In this document: positions 8,956-18,142 of the stretch, piece after piece
How the letters are laid out: every line of letters begins with the position of its first letter
Position numbering within the stretch: the first letter of the stretch is position 1
Assembly: GCA_017991475.1 (NCBI GenBank)
Contig: JAGOQK010000002.1
Coordinates: 23,673-87,672 of the forward strand
Origin: Minisyncoccota bacterium
GTDB lineage: Bacteria > Patescibacteriota > Minisyncoccia > Phycocordibacterales > PALSA-1337
Length of the DNA: 64,000 nt
Direction of reading: 5' to 3'
Position numbers and translations under genes: made by a program
The notes under the pieces: model-generated
What the model saw: only the letters and a program-made list of their open reading frames with translations
What the model was told of the DNA's origin: nothing
Databases searched by the model: none

Positions 8956-8960
8956 TTTGC
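8921..8960 (+). terminator. intrinsic terminator
   Basis: GGGTGCGTCGGC-TTCG-GCTGGCGCACCC (12 bp including G.U pairs, UUCG tetraloop) followed by TTTTCTCTTT. It lies inside the ORF-track start of holB, which argues for the later holB start. Confidence 0.7.
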
Positions 8961-8984
8961 GTGAATTTAAAGTACAATGTTTCT

Positions 8985-9674
8985 ATGAATTATAACAACC
9001 TCTCCCACCACGCCTACCTCATCATCGGCAGCGACTCACATCGCCTCGATCTGATCTCCATTCTTGCAAAGGATCACAATATTCTCGCCCAAGCTAACCC
9101 AGACTTTTTTGACCGTTCATATGAAAACCTGACTATCGACGACTCACGAGAATTGAAATCTCTCCACAGTACTCGTCCGATTGGAATTACTGGAAAGAAG
9201 ATTTTCATCATTACAACCAACGCGGCGACTGTTGAAGCACAAAATGCACTTTTGAAACTACTTGAAGAACCTGCGGAGTATGCACATTTCTTTTTGATAG
9301 TTCCATCGGCGCATATTTTACTGCCGACGGTTAAATCACGAATGCAGGAAGTTGTCAGTGGTAAGTTGTCAGTTGTCAGTAAAAAAACTTTAGAACAATT
9401 GAATACTATCGAAGAGGTGCGGAAATTCCTGAAAATGACGCAAGCGAAAAGATTGGAAGTAGTAAAGAAGCTTGTAGAGGATATAACCAAAGAAAAAAAG
9501 ACTAAGCAGGACGTGATCAACTTCCTGGATGCGATCCAGGCTGTTGTCTATGAGGAAAAAGGCATCAAAGAAGGTGCGAAACCTCTTGAAGCTATCGAAA
9601 CTGCTCGAAAATATATCCATGATCGTGCACCGAGCGTGAAGATGCTCATGGAGTATGTGGCGTTGAATATATGA
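8985..9674 (+). CDS. holB: DNA polymerase III delta' subunit (AAA+ clamp-loader)
   Basis: HAYLIIGSD...IFIITTNAATVEAQNALLKLLEEPAEYAHFFLI...LPTVKSRMQEV is typical of delta'. Start placed at Met 8985, downstream of the terminator. Confidence 0.75.
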   Translation: MNYNNLSHHAYLIIGSDSHRLDLISILAKDHNILAQANPDFFDRSYENLTIDDSRELKSLHSTRPIGITGKKIFIITTNAATVEAQNALLKLLEEPAEYAHFFLIVPSAHILLPTVKSRMQEVVSGKLSVVSKKTLEQLNTIEEVRKFLKMTQAKRLEVVKKLVEDITKEKKTKQDVINFLDAIQAVVYEEKGIKEGAKPLEAIETARKYIHDRAPSVKMLMEYVALNI

Positions 9675-9718
9675 TATACTGTTTTTATTAGGAATCAGAT
9701 TAACCAGAATTTTCACCC

Positions 9719-10270
9719 ATGTCCTACGACTTCAACCCATTCAAGAAGCACCTTGCATCATGCGAGGAGTGGCTCAAAAAGGAATTCCAGCAGATCCGCA
9801 CAGGTCAGGCTTCACCATCTGTACTCGACAATGTGAAGGTTGAGGTTTATGGTGCGCCCATGGGACTCAAGGAGGTCGCAAGTGTCACGCTGGAAGGTGC
9901 ACGCACGATTCGTATTTCTCCGTGGGACAAGAGTCAGACCAAGGAAATTGAGAAGGGTATCACCCTCGCTAACACGGGCCTTGCGGTAGTCGTAGATGAT
10001 CAGGGTCTCCGGGTGATATTTCCCGAATTGACCGCCGACCGTCGTACTGAGATCGCAAAAGTCGCCAAAGAAAAGATGGAAGAGGCAAAGAAGCAGGTAC
10101 GCCAGCATCGTGATACGGTGATCAAGGATCTTCAAACAAAGGAAAAGGATGGCCTCATGCCCAAAGACGACGCATTTCGCGCATCCAAAGATGCGCAGAA
10201 GCTTGTCGATGATGCCAATAAGAAGCTTGAAGAAGCGTATGCTAAAAAGGAGAAAGAAATATTAAGTTAA
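9719..10270 (+). CDS. frr: ribosome recycling factor
   Basis: Full-length RRF pattern (…IRTGQASPSVLDNVKVEVYG…TADRRTEIAKVAKEKMEEAK…). Confidence 0.92.
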   Translation: MSYDFNPFKKHLASCEEWLKKEFQQIRTGQASPSVLDNVKVEVYGAPMGLKEVASVTLEGARTIRISPWDKSQTKEIEKGITLANTGLAVVVDDQGLRVIFPELTADRRTEIAKVAKEKMEEAKKQVRQHRDTVIKDLQTKEKDGLMPKDDAFRASKDAQKLVDDANKKLEEAYAKKEKEILS

Positions 10271-11424
10271 TGCTCACCGCGCTCATCTTCATCATTGTTC
10301 TTGCTATCCTAATATTCGTCCATGAACTTGGACATTTTCTTGCTGCTCGTGCGAGCGGTATCCGCGTTGATGCATTCAAGCTCGGCTTTGGACCCAAAAT
10401 ATTCGCATGGAAAAGAGGGGAGACAGAGTACGGGGTCAATCTGATCCCATTCGGCGGATACGTGAAGATACACGGTGAGAATCCTGATGAAGAGTCCTCG
10501 ACAGGTCCTGATGCGGGACGTAGCTTCGTCAATAAGCCGCGCTGGAAGCAGATCATGGTCCTTGTCGCCGGAGTTACATTTAACTTTGTATTCGCGTGGA
10601 TACTGTACGCAGGTGGATTTATGCTTGGTGTGACTGCGACGAGCGATGGATTTGAGCAGTATGCAGATCGCTTCACAGATAATCGTGTCATGATTACCTT
10701 TGTCGAGAAAGGCTCTCCGGCGGAACAAGCTGGACTTATCGTCGGAGATGTTTTGATGGAAGCTCGAATCGTAGCCTCGACCACGCTATCTGGCTTAGTA
10801 TCAACCACGACACGCGAAGGGGTGAGTGCGTCACAGGGAACACTTACAGTCGCATCTATTCAAGGCTTGATTTCGAGCACAAATGGCGGCCCGACGACTT
10901 TGACAGTTGAGAATAGTGCTGGACTCAATGAGGTCGTGATTACTCCCGTGAAAGGAATTGTCGAGGGTAAATACGCTGTCGGTATCGGTATGCAGCAAGT
11001 TGGTGATCTCCGATTGCCATTTTTCACTGCGATCTGGGAAGGTTTGCGCTATATGTTCTTCATGATTCGTGAGACTGCGGTGGGTCTATGGGGGTTTGTC
11101 ATCGGTCTTTTCCAAGGCACAGCGAGTCTGTCAGATGTATCTGGTCCTGTTGGTATTGCTGGTATAGTAGGTACTGCAGCTGACCTCGGATTCACGTACC
11201 TCATCATGATTACCGCGCTTATCTCTATCAACCTCGGCGTTATCAATCTCGTACCTTTCCCTGCGCTCGATGGGGGGCGCGTACTCTTTGTGTTGATCGA
11301 GGGTGTCATCCGTCGTCGTATTCCGATGAAGTTCACCAACTGGGTCAACCTGGTCGGTTTCGGGCTTCTCATGCTCCTCATGGTAGTGATCACCTACAGG
11401 GATATCGCCAAGCTTTTCAAATAA
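10270..11424 (+). CDS. rseP: RIP zinc metalloprotease RseP (site-2 protease) with PDZ domain
   Basis: HELGHF zinc motif in TM1. Central PDZ-like segment. C-terminal LDGG motif. Start overlaps the frr stop (TAATG). Confidence 0.85.
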   Translation: MLTALIFIIVLAILIFVHELGHFLAARASGIRVDAFKLGFGPKIFAWKRGETEYGVNLIPFGGYVKIHGENPDEESSTGPDAGRSFVNKPRWKQIMVLVAGVTFNFVFAWILYAGGFMLGVTATSDGFEQYADRFTDNRVMITFVEKGSPAEQAGLIVGDVLMEARIVASTTLSGLVSTTTREGVSASQGTLTVASIQGLISSTNGGPTTLTVENSAGLNEVVITPVKGIVEGKYAVGIGMQQVGDLRLPFFTAIWEGLRYMFFMIRETAVGLWGFVIGLFQGTASLSDVSGPVGIAGIVGTAADLGFTYLIMITALISINLGVINLVPFPALDGGRVLFVLIEGVIRRRIPMKFTNWVNLVGFGLLMLLMVVITYRDIAKLFK

Positions 11425-11459
11425 TTGGTGAATTTACCTACAAATGATACGATAGTGCC

Positions 11460-12701
11460 ATGAAGCAATCATTCCTTTTCACCAAGACACGTCGCGAAGC
11501 TCCTAAAGATGAGGTCGCCAAGAACGCACAACTTCTCATTCGTGCAGGATTTATCCACAAAGAGATGGCAGGCGTATACTCATTTCTACCACTTGGTCTA
11601 CGTACTCTCCAGAAAATTGTCAGCATCATCCGCGAAGAGATGAACTCGATCGGTGGTCAGGAGGTGACTCTCACAGCACTGCAGGATAAGAAAACTTGGG
11701 AAGCGACCAACCGATGGGACGATGCAGTCGTAGACAATTGGTTCAAGACACACCTCAAGAACGGCAGTGAAGTTGGTCTCGGATTTACCCATGAAGAGCC
11801 ACTCACTGCACTCATGACGGATCACATCAGATCGTTCCGTGATCTTCCTCGAGCTGTGTATCAGTTCCAGACCAAGTTCAGGAATGAGGAGCGTGCAAAG
11901 TCTGGCATCATGCGTGCTCGCGAGTTCCTCATGAAGGATCTCTATTCTTTCAATGTCGATGACGCTGCTCATCAGACATTTTACGAGGAAGCCAAGAAGG
12001 CGTACATCCGCGTATTCGACCGTGTTGGCCTCGGAGGTCAGACATTTGTAACTTTTGCAGCAGGAGGCTCATTTTCGAAATATTCCCATGAATTCCAGAC
12101 TATTACTGATGCAGGCGAGGACACGATTTTTGTGCACGAAGGGAAGAGGATTGCGGTGAACAAGGAGGTATTGAATGATGAAGTTTTAGCTGATCTCGGT
12201 ATTTCTAAGTCAGAACTTGTCGAGAAGAAAGCTGTTGAAGTTGGTAATATTTTCAGTCTTGGTACGAAGTTCTCTGATGCGCTCAACCTGAAGTACAAGG
12301 ATGACAAAGGTGAGTCGAAATCAGTCATAATGGGCAGCTACGGCATCGGCCCTGGGCGCGTCATGGGTACGATCGCAGAGCTCTGGTCTGATGACAAAGG
12401 TCTCGTGTGGCCAGAATCAGTCGCACCATTTGCTGTGCATCTTGTAGCTTTGTTCGACCAGGATGGGGTAGTCCAGAAATCTGCGGACGAACTCTATGAG
12501 AAATTGGTGAAATCTGGTGTTGAGGTTCTCTACGATGATCGCGATGCGACTGCTGGTGAGAAATTCTCTGATTCTGACCTTATCGGTATACCGAAGCGTA
12601 TAGTTATCAGTGCAAAAACTCTCAAAAATGGTGAAGTTGAAGTGAAGTATCGTCAGACAGGGAAGGTTGAGATGGTTAAAATTACAGAAATTTCTAATTA
12701 A
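11460..12701 (+). CDS. proS: prolyl-tRNA synthetase (compact class II form)
   Basis: Motif 2 FRNEERAKSGIMRAREFLMKDLYSF is ProRS-like. A class II anticodon-binding domain lies at the C-terminus. No editing (INS) domain. Confidence 0.75.
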   Translation: MKQSFLFTKTRREAPKDEVAKNAQLLIRAGFIHKEMAGVYSFLPLGLRTLQKIVSIIREEMNSIGGQEVTLTALQDKKTWEATNRWDDAVVDNWFKTHLKNGSEVGLGFTHEEPLTALMTDHIRSFRDLPRAVYQFQTKFRNEERAKSGIMRAREFLMKDLYSFNVDDAAHQTFYEEAKKAYIRVFDRVGLGGQTFVTFAAGGSFSKYSHEFQTITDAGEDTIFVHEGKRIAVNKEVLNDEVLADLGISKSELVEKKAVEVGNIFSLGTKFSDALNLKYKDDKGESKSVIMGSYGIGPGRVMGTIAELWSDDKGLVWPESVAPFAVHLVALFDQDGVVQKSADELYEKLVKSGVEVLYDDRDATAGEKFSDSDLIGIPKRIVISAKTLKNGEVEVKYRQTGKVEMVKITEISN

Positions 12702-12789
12702 CCCAATAATCTTAGGTCAATCGGAAATATTCATGTTGTCCACACTAGTCACCAACTCCCTGGGCAGCTTTGTTGTATAATACTGCTGT

Positions 12790-13134
12790 ATGTCCCTAGA
12801 GTATATTTTTCCCGATCACACCAAGCGCAATCGTACGATTGCTATCGTGGTCGAGTGTGTCGCCGCCTTTTTGGCGATCGGATTGATAGTCTGGGCAGTT
12901 TGGTATTATCGAGCTCCCCAAGAACCAGCTCCTGCGGTTGTGCAGGAACCGGTCAAGGATCTAGCTACCCAGAGACAGGAATGGCTCGATCAACCGAACA
13001 TAGGAACTCCGATAACGGGTGAGCAGCTTGAGCAGCGAAAAGCATTTGTGGAGAAGTCGAGTTCAGCATCATCGGCAACTCCGCTGACCCCGGAGCAGAT
13101 CAAGGCTCGACAGTCATGGGTTGAGAATATTTAG
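12790..13134 (+). CDS. membrane-anchored hypothetical protein
   Basis: Single N-terminal TM helix (AIVVECVAAFLAIGLIVWAVWYY) and a low-complexity C-terminus. Confidence 0.4.
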   Translation: MSLEYIFPDHTKRNRTIAIVVECVAAFLAIGLIVWAVWYYRAPQEPAPAVVQEPVKDLATQRQEWLDQPNIGTPITGEQLEQRKAFVEKSSSASSATPLTPEQIKARQSWVENI

Positions 13135-13168
13135 TGTACTTTGCCTATTATCAAGTTAAATTTTTATC

Positions 13169-13906
13169 ATGAAAAATAAGATCATATCATCGACACTCCT
13201 CCTTATTGGATTCTTCCTCGGCGCAACAGCCCTTTCTACGCTTGCAGCAACATGGACAACCCCAAGTTGTAATCCTTCAACCAGCGGTCCTGGCGCATGT
13301 AATACTGAGGCGCCCGTGCATGTAGGAAGTACTGGGCAGTCGAAGCTCGGACCCCTTCTCGTGAATACAGCCTCAGTTCTCGATGATATTGGTCTCACTA
13401 TAACCGGCAAGATTAAGCTCGATGATATCCGCAAAGGTGCGGGTAAAGTGCTGACCTCTGATGCGGATGGGGTGGGTACGTGGCAGACACCAGGGAATTT
13501 GGATATTTCGAGCCTCTGCAATTCGATACAGACAGGTACGAGCCCATCTGTTACTAGTATTAACTTGATCAAGAACGGAAAAAATATTTGTTCGGATAAC
13601 AATGGTTGCAGTATTCGCCTGCTCGATACGAATGGTACACTCATGAGCACTCCCCCTATTTTATTGCTGATGCAAACGACAAATGGCAACTGGCGAGATA
13701 ATGGCAACGGATCTGGATTGAATGGAGATAGTTCCGCGTCCCCGATAACCAATTCCTCCGTGAACTTTATAACACTTTATGATGATGTTGTTCCTACTAC
13801 ATTAAATAATGTGAGCGGTATCACTGAGACGGCGCCTGATCAGATAAACGTCATTCGATATGGTAACAATGGATACAATACCACGGTGTCGGTTTGTGAT
13901 TTCTAG
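13169..13906 (+). CDS. secreted protein with tail-fibre-like repeat motif
   Basis: Signal peptide (MKNKIISSTLLLIGFFLGATALSTLAA). The motif ...KLDDIRKGAGKVLTSDADGVGTWQTPG resembles the conserved G-KVLTSDxxGxxxW element of phage tail-fibre/endosialidase-chaperone-like proteins. Cys-rich. Confidence 0.45.
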   Translation: MKNKIISSTLLLIGFFLGATALSTLAATWTTPSCNPSTSGPGACNTEAPVHVGSTGQSKLGPLLVNTASVLDDIGLTITGKIKLDDIRKGAGKVLTSDADGVGTWQTPGNLDISSLCNSIQTGTSPSVTSINLIKNGKNICSDNNGCSIRLLDTNGTLMSTPPILLLMQTTNGNWRDNGNGSGLNGDSSASPITNSSVNFITLYDDVVPTTLNNVSGITETAPDQINVIRYGNNGYNTTVSVCDF

Positions 13907-13925
13907 GTTTTCGTTTTTCTAGAAC

Positions 13926-13954
13926 AAAGCCCCGCATCATGGGGCTTTGTTTTT
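13926..13954 (+). terminator. intrinsic terminator
   Basis: AAAGCCCC-gcatcat-GGGGCTTT followed by GTTTTT. Confidence 0.7.
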
Positions 13955-14014
13955 ATACACGACAGTTATTTCGTCCGTGCTTCATTTCCTTGAAAGATGT
14001 GATATGCTGCCTGC

Positions 14015-15079
14015 ATGTTCAAGAAGCATACAGACGCCTTTTTTGCTCGATTCTCCAATGATATTGGGATAGATTTGGGTACAGCAAACACGCTCGTATA
14101 TGTGCGCGGTAAAGGTATCGTCGTAAATGAACCTTCGGTAGTCGCAGTCAATCAGAAAACCGGCCAGGTTGTCGCTGTGGGTCAGACTGCGAAGGATATG
14201 CTCGGAAGGACTCCTCAGCACATCGTAGCGGTGCGACCACTGGTCGACGGAGTCATCTCTGACTTTGAAGTGACTGAGGAGATGCTCTCGTATCTTATGA
14301 AGCGCGCTGGCGAGTATATGCCCAAGAAAATTTTCGGCCCGAGAGTTGTCGTCGGTGTCCCGTCTGGGGTGACCAACGTAGAAGTACGCGCTGTCCGTGA
14401 TGCCACCAAGAACGCTGGTGCGCGGGAAGTCTTCATCATCGAACAACCGATGGCCGGAGCTATAGGCATCCGTCTCCCCGTGAATGAGCCAGTTGGCAGT
14501 ATGATCATCGATATCGGAGGTGGTACAACAGATATAGCAGTCATTTCGCTCGGCGGTATCGTACGCTCCAAGAGTCTCAAGGTTGCAGGCGACAAGCTCA
14601 ACAATGATATCATCTCTTATATCAGGAATGAATTCAAAATTCTCATCGGGGAAACCACTGCAGAGCAGGTCAAGAAAGATGTCGGTGCAGTCATTCCTGG
14701 GGAACCACTTGAAACAACTATTCGTGGTCGTGACCTTATCACCGGTCTTCCGCGCGAGGTCGTTATCACCGACTCTGATATACGAGAGGCAATCAGTCAA
14801 TCAATTGAAGCATTGGTTAGTGCAACAAAAGAGGTGCTAGAAACTACACCGCCTGAGATACTTTCTGATGTCATGAAGCGCGGAGTTCACATTGTTGGAG
14901 GAGGAGCACTCATCAAGGGTCTCGATGAACTTCTTCATGAGATGCTGCGTATTCCCGTAACGGTAGCCGAAGATCCGCTCACTGCCATCGCTCGTGGGGC
15001 AGGTATTGTCCTCGAGGATATCGACGCGCACCGAGCGGTGCTACTTCATAGCGAAGATGATCTACCTGCAACCTCATAG
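14015..15079 (+). CDS. mreB: rod-shape protein MreB (paralogue 2, heads the mreBCD-mrdA cluster)
   Basis: GIDLGTANTLVYV...DIGGGTTDIAVISLGGIV... over the full length. Confidence 0.92.
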   Translation: MFKKHTDAFFARFSNDIGIDLGTANTLVYVRGKGIVVNEPSVVAVNQKTGQVVAVGQTAKDMLGRTPQHIVAVRPLVDGVISDFEVTEEMLSYLMKRAGEYMPKKIFGPRVVVGVPSGVTNVEVRAVRDATKNAGAREVFIIEQPMAGAIGIRLPVNEPVGSMIIDIGGGTTDIAVISLGGIVRSKSLKVAGDKLNNDIISYIRNEFKILIGETTAEQVKKDVGAVIPGEPLETTIRGRDLITGLPREVVITDSDIREAISQSIEALVSATKEVLETTPPEILSDVMKRGVHIVGGGALIKGLDELLHEMLRIPVTVAEDPLTAIARGAGIVLEDIDAHRAVLLHSEDDLPATS

Positions 15080-15893
15080 CCGTCCCTACCAGCGTTTTTC
15101 GCGATTGATCGCGATCTTCTTTGCAGCACTTGTGCTTCTGTGTATCGCTCTCATCATGCTTGCCCCTCATTTCTTTTCCTCTGTCTTTACAAGCATTGCA
15201 CGACCATTCTGGAGGATTCAATTTTCGGTAGAGTCGGGCTCGCTCTCATCACCCGAGCGCCTTCTCGCTGAGAACGAACGACTCAAGTTAGAGATCGAGA
15301 AATTGCGAGTTTCTTCAGAGGGATCAGTATTTTTGATTTCAGAGAATGAAGAGTTCAGAACACTTCTGGGACGGACGGTGTCACCCGCCTCCGCTTCATC
15401 CTCGATACGGCTTGATGCGGGTGTCGCATCGGGCATACTGGAGGAGGGTGCCATCCTCGCGGCCGTCCTCAAGCGCCCTCCTGCGTCTCCGTACGATGTT
15501 CTAATCATAGATGTCGGCTATGCCGACGGCGTCTCTACGACTAGTGCGGTATATGCTCCAGGTAATATTCTCATCGGACGTGTGATCGACGTGCTCAAGG
15601 ATACGTCCAAAGTGAAACTGTATTCCTCACCCGAGGAAAAATACGATGTGCTCATTGGGGCGAACAGGACACCTGCTGTCGCGGTTGGACGAGGTGGCGG
15701 TCATTATGAAGCTCAGATTTCGCGTGAGTCAGGCGTCAAGGAAGGGGACTATGTCATGAGTAACGGATTGAATGATGGTCCGTTTGGTTTGGTGAATTCT
15801 ATTATTTCAGATCCAGCACAAGCATTCCAGACGGTACTCTTCTCTCCGATGACAAATATCTACGAGATTCGTTGGGTGCTCGTGAAGAATTAG
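14994..15893 (+). CDS. mreC: rod-shape protein MreC
   Basis: N-terminal TM segment, a coiled coil (LLAENERLKLEIEKLR) and a beta-rich C-terminal domain. The likely start is Met at 15057 (MIYLQP). Confidence 0.7.
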   Translation: MGQVLSSRISTRTERCYFIAKMIYLQPHSRPYQRFSRLIAIFFAALVLLCIALIMLAPHFFSSVFTSIARPFWRIQFSVESGSLSSPERLLAENERLKLEIEKLRVSSEGSVFLISENEEFRTLLGRTVSPASASSSIRLDAGVASGILEEGAILAAVLKRPPASPYDVLIIDVGYADGVSTTSAVYAPGNILIGRVIDVLKDTSKVKLYSSPEEKYDVLIGANRTPAVAVGRGGGHYEAQISRESGVKEGDYVMSNGLNDGPFGLVNSIISDPAQAFQTVLFSPMTNIYEIRWVLVKN

Positions 15894-16159
15894 TCCACAA
15901 TCCCATGACCATCCGTTTGATACTCGATATTCTCATGTTCCTCACAGTCATCCAGGGGTGGTGGTTTTTTGCTTTACCTATCGCATTGGTCGGCATGCTT
16001 AGGTACTCGAATTATTATGAAGTACTTATAGCCGGTCTCGCGTACGACAGTCTTTTTGGACTGACACCACACGAAGGAATCTCGAGTTATATCGGTTCAA
16101 TTTCAGCTGGTCTTTTATTTGGCGCTATGGTGGTGCTCAAGAAGATCATGAGAAAATAG
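15872..16159 (+). CDS. mreD: MreD-like small polytopic membrane protein
   Basis: Position between mreC and mrdA. Three hydrophobic helices. The likely start is Met at 15905. Confidence 0.4.
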   Translation: MGAREELVHNPMTIRLILDILMFLTVIQGWWFFALPIALVGMLRYSNYYEVLIAGLAYDSLFGLTPHEGISSYIGSISAGLLFGAMVVLKKIMRK

Positions 16160-16186
16160 GTCGTTGTATGTGATATCATTCACGAT

Positions 16187-17950
16187 ATGCGCATATCCTG
16201 GAGAGCTCTAGTGCCCGTATTTCGTCGCCGCAGAAGGCGAGTGACTGAGATTGCGCCTGAGGAGGTGCTCATTGATTCGAGGAATATTCCTGATTTTGAT
16301 ACTACGCAATTCGAGGGCCGCATCGAGCGACCGATATCGCGCGCAATGCTCTATGCTGTTGCGGGTTCCTTCTCTCTGCTCGCACTCGTCTTTATCGGTC
16401 AGGCATGGCATCTACAGATCGCAAAGGGCGAGGAGTACGCAGAAAGAAGCGAGCGCAACATGTTGCGTCCCGTACCCGTATTCGCAGCGCGTGGTGTCAT
16501 CATGGACAGGAATGGGTCATTGTTGGCATGGAATGCACCCAAAGGATCAATCGATACTATCAATTCGCTGGCTTCTACGTCGCTCGGGTCAAGTATCGTA
16601 GGGGATGATGTGGTCGCCCTTAGAGAATACTCCACAACAACAGGACTCGCTCATGTGCTCGGGTATGTACAGTACCCGTCGAAGGACAAGAATGGATTTT
16701 ATTATCAGAATGACTTCGAAGGTATTTCGGGAGTTGAGAAGTATTTCAATAAGGAACTTCAGGGTGAGAACGGTTCTCGACTCGTCGAAGTTGATGCGCA
16801 TGGAGAAATCGTGTCTGAGAACATTGTAAGACCAGCAGAGCCGGGAGTATCCCTCAAGCTGTCGATCGATAGTCGAGTGCAGTCAGCACTCTACAAGAAT
16901 ATAAAAGGTATTGCCGAGCAGGTAGGCTTTGCGGGAGGGGCCGGTATCATCATGGATGTACAGTCGGGAGAGCTTATTGCGATTACAAGCTACCCTGAGT
17001 ATAGTTCTCAAGTCATGTCGGATAGGACTGACAGTGTGGCTGTCCGTGCATTGCTCAACAATCCAAACTTACCCTTTCTGAATAGGGCTGTCGACGGCCT
17101 CTACACACCCGGATCCATCGTCAAGCCGTATGTCGCGCTTGCGGCGCTTACCGAGAATATCATTGACCCAACTACCAATATTGTCACAACAGGTTCTATA
17201 TCCATCCCAAACCCCTACGATTCTACCAAAGCTACTGTTTTTCGCGATTGGAAAAATCATGGGACGATAGATATGCGCCGCGCGCTTGCCGTTTCTTCGG
17301 ATGTGTATTTCTATACGATTGGTGGAGGATACAAAGATCAAAAGGGTCTCGGTATACTGACTATCGATAAGTATCTCAAATTATTTGGTCTTGGCTCTGC
17401 GATTCCGGAATCATTTGCAAGTGGTAAGGTCGGCACTATTCCGACTCCTGAATGGAAAAAAGCCACATTTGATGAGGATTGGTACATAGGAAATACCTAT
17501 CATACCTCCATAGGTCAGTATGGATTCCAAGTCACCCTTATACAGATGGCGCGAGGCATCGCCGCGGTCGCAAATGGAGGAAAACTTCTTGTCCCTACTA
17601 TCATCAAAGACCAGGAGCCTGTCGTTGAGTTTGTCATCGATTCGATCACTCCTCGCAGCTATCAAATCGTCCAGGAAGGCATGCGGGCAGGTACTATCGA
17701 TGGGACTGGTAAGGCTCTCGACGTACCATATACTCACCTAGCAACAAAAACAGGTACCGCCGAGCTCGGTGTATCGAAGGATAAAGTGAACTCCTGGGTG
17801 ACGGGATTTTGGCCCTACGAAAACCCGAAGTATGTTTTTGTGGTGATGTTGGAGAAGGGATCAGTGCACAACCTGATAGGTGCAGCTGCAGCTATGAGGC
17901 AACAGCTCGATTGGATGAATGTAAATACACCTGAATACTTCAAGGAGTAA
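16187..17950 (+). CDS. mrdA: penicillin-binding protein 2 (peptidoglycan D,D-transpeptidase)
   Basis: N-terminal TM segment plus dimerisation domain. Transpeptidase domain with SIVKPY (SxxK). Sits in the mreBCD context. Confidence 0.85.
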   Translation: MRISWRALVPVFRRRRRRVTEIAPEEVLIDSRNIPDFDTTQFEGRIERPISRAMLYAVAGSFSLLALVFIGQAWHLQIAKGEEYAERSERNMLRPVPVFAARGVIMDRNGSLLAWNAPKGSIDTINSLASTSLGSSIVGDDVVALREYSTTTGLAHVLGYVQYPSKDKNGFYYQNDFEGISGVEKYFNKELQGENGSRLVEVDAHGEIVSENIVRPAEPGVSLKLSIDSRVQSALYKNIKGIAEQVGFAGGAGIIMDVQSGELIAITSYPEYSSQVMSDRTDSVAVRALLNNPNLPFLNRAVDGLYTPGSIVKPYVALAALTENIIDPTTNIVTTGSISIPNPYDSTKATVFRDWKNHGTIDMRRALAVSSDVYFYTIGGGYKDQKGLGILTIDKYLKLFGLGSAIPESFASGKVGTIPTPEWKKATFDEDWYIGNTYHTSIGQYGFQVTLIQMARGIAAVANGGKLLVPTIIKDQEPVVEFVIDSITPRSYQIVQEGMRAGTIDGTGKALDVPYTHLATKTGTAELGVSKDKVNSWVTGFWPYENPKYVFVVMLEKGSVHNLIGAAAAMRQQLDWMNVNTPEYFKE

Positions 17951-17959
17951 TTAAAATCA

Positions 17960-18069
17960 CCAGAAGGGCGAGACAAGTGTTTTGTCGCGTGTCATGTTGT
18001 ATTTGTACACGAATCTCTAGTAAACCGTTCTGCATGACACGCGACAAAACACTTGTCTCGCCCTTCTGG
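17960..18069 (-). repeat. palindromic intergenic element, copy A (core in reverse orientation)
   Basis: Perfectly complementary 37-bp arms at 17960-17996 and 18033-18069. They flank the 36-nt core at 17997-18032, whose reverse complement is CAGAACGGT-ttactagagattc-GTGTACAAATACAA. Confidence 0.85.
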
Positions 18070-18142
18070 GGTATGCCGTGCTTCCTTGAAATGATGGGGT
18101 GTATAGTGGTATGATATATTGACTTACCACTTAACTATATAA

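Noticed and set aside
9355-9385. GTTGTCAGTTGTCAGT tandem motif, also seen at about 29615-29630, as a possible repeat family
   Set aside because: One copy is inside the holB coding frame (encoding VVSGKLSVVSKK). Only two short, imperfect occurrences, so likely chance.
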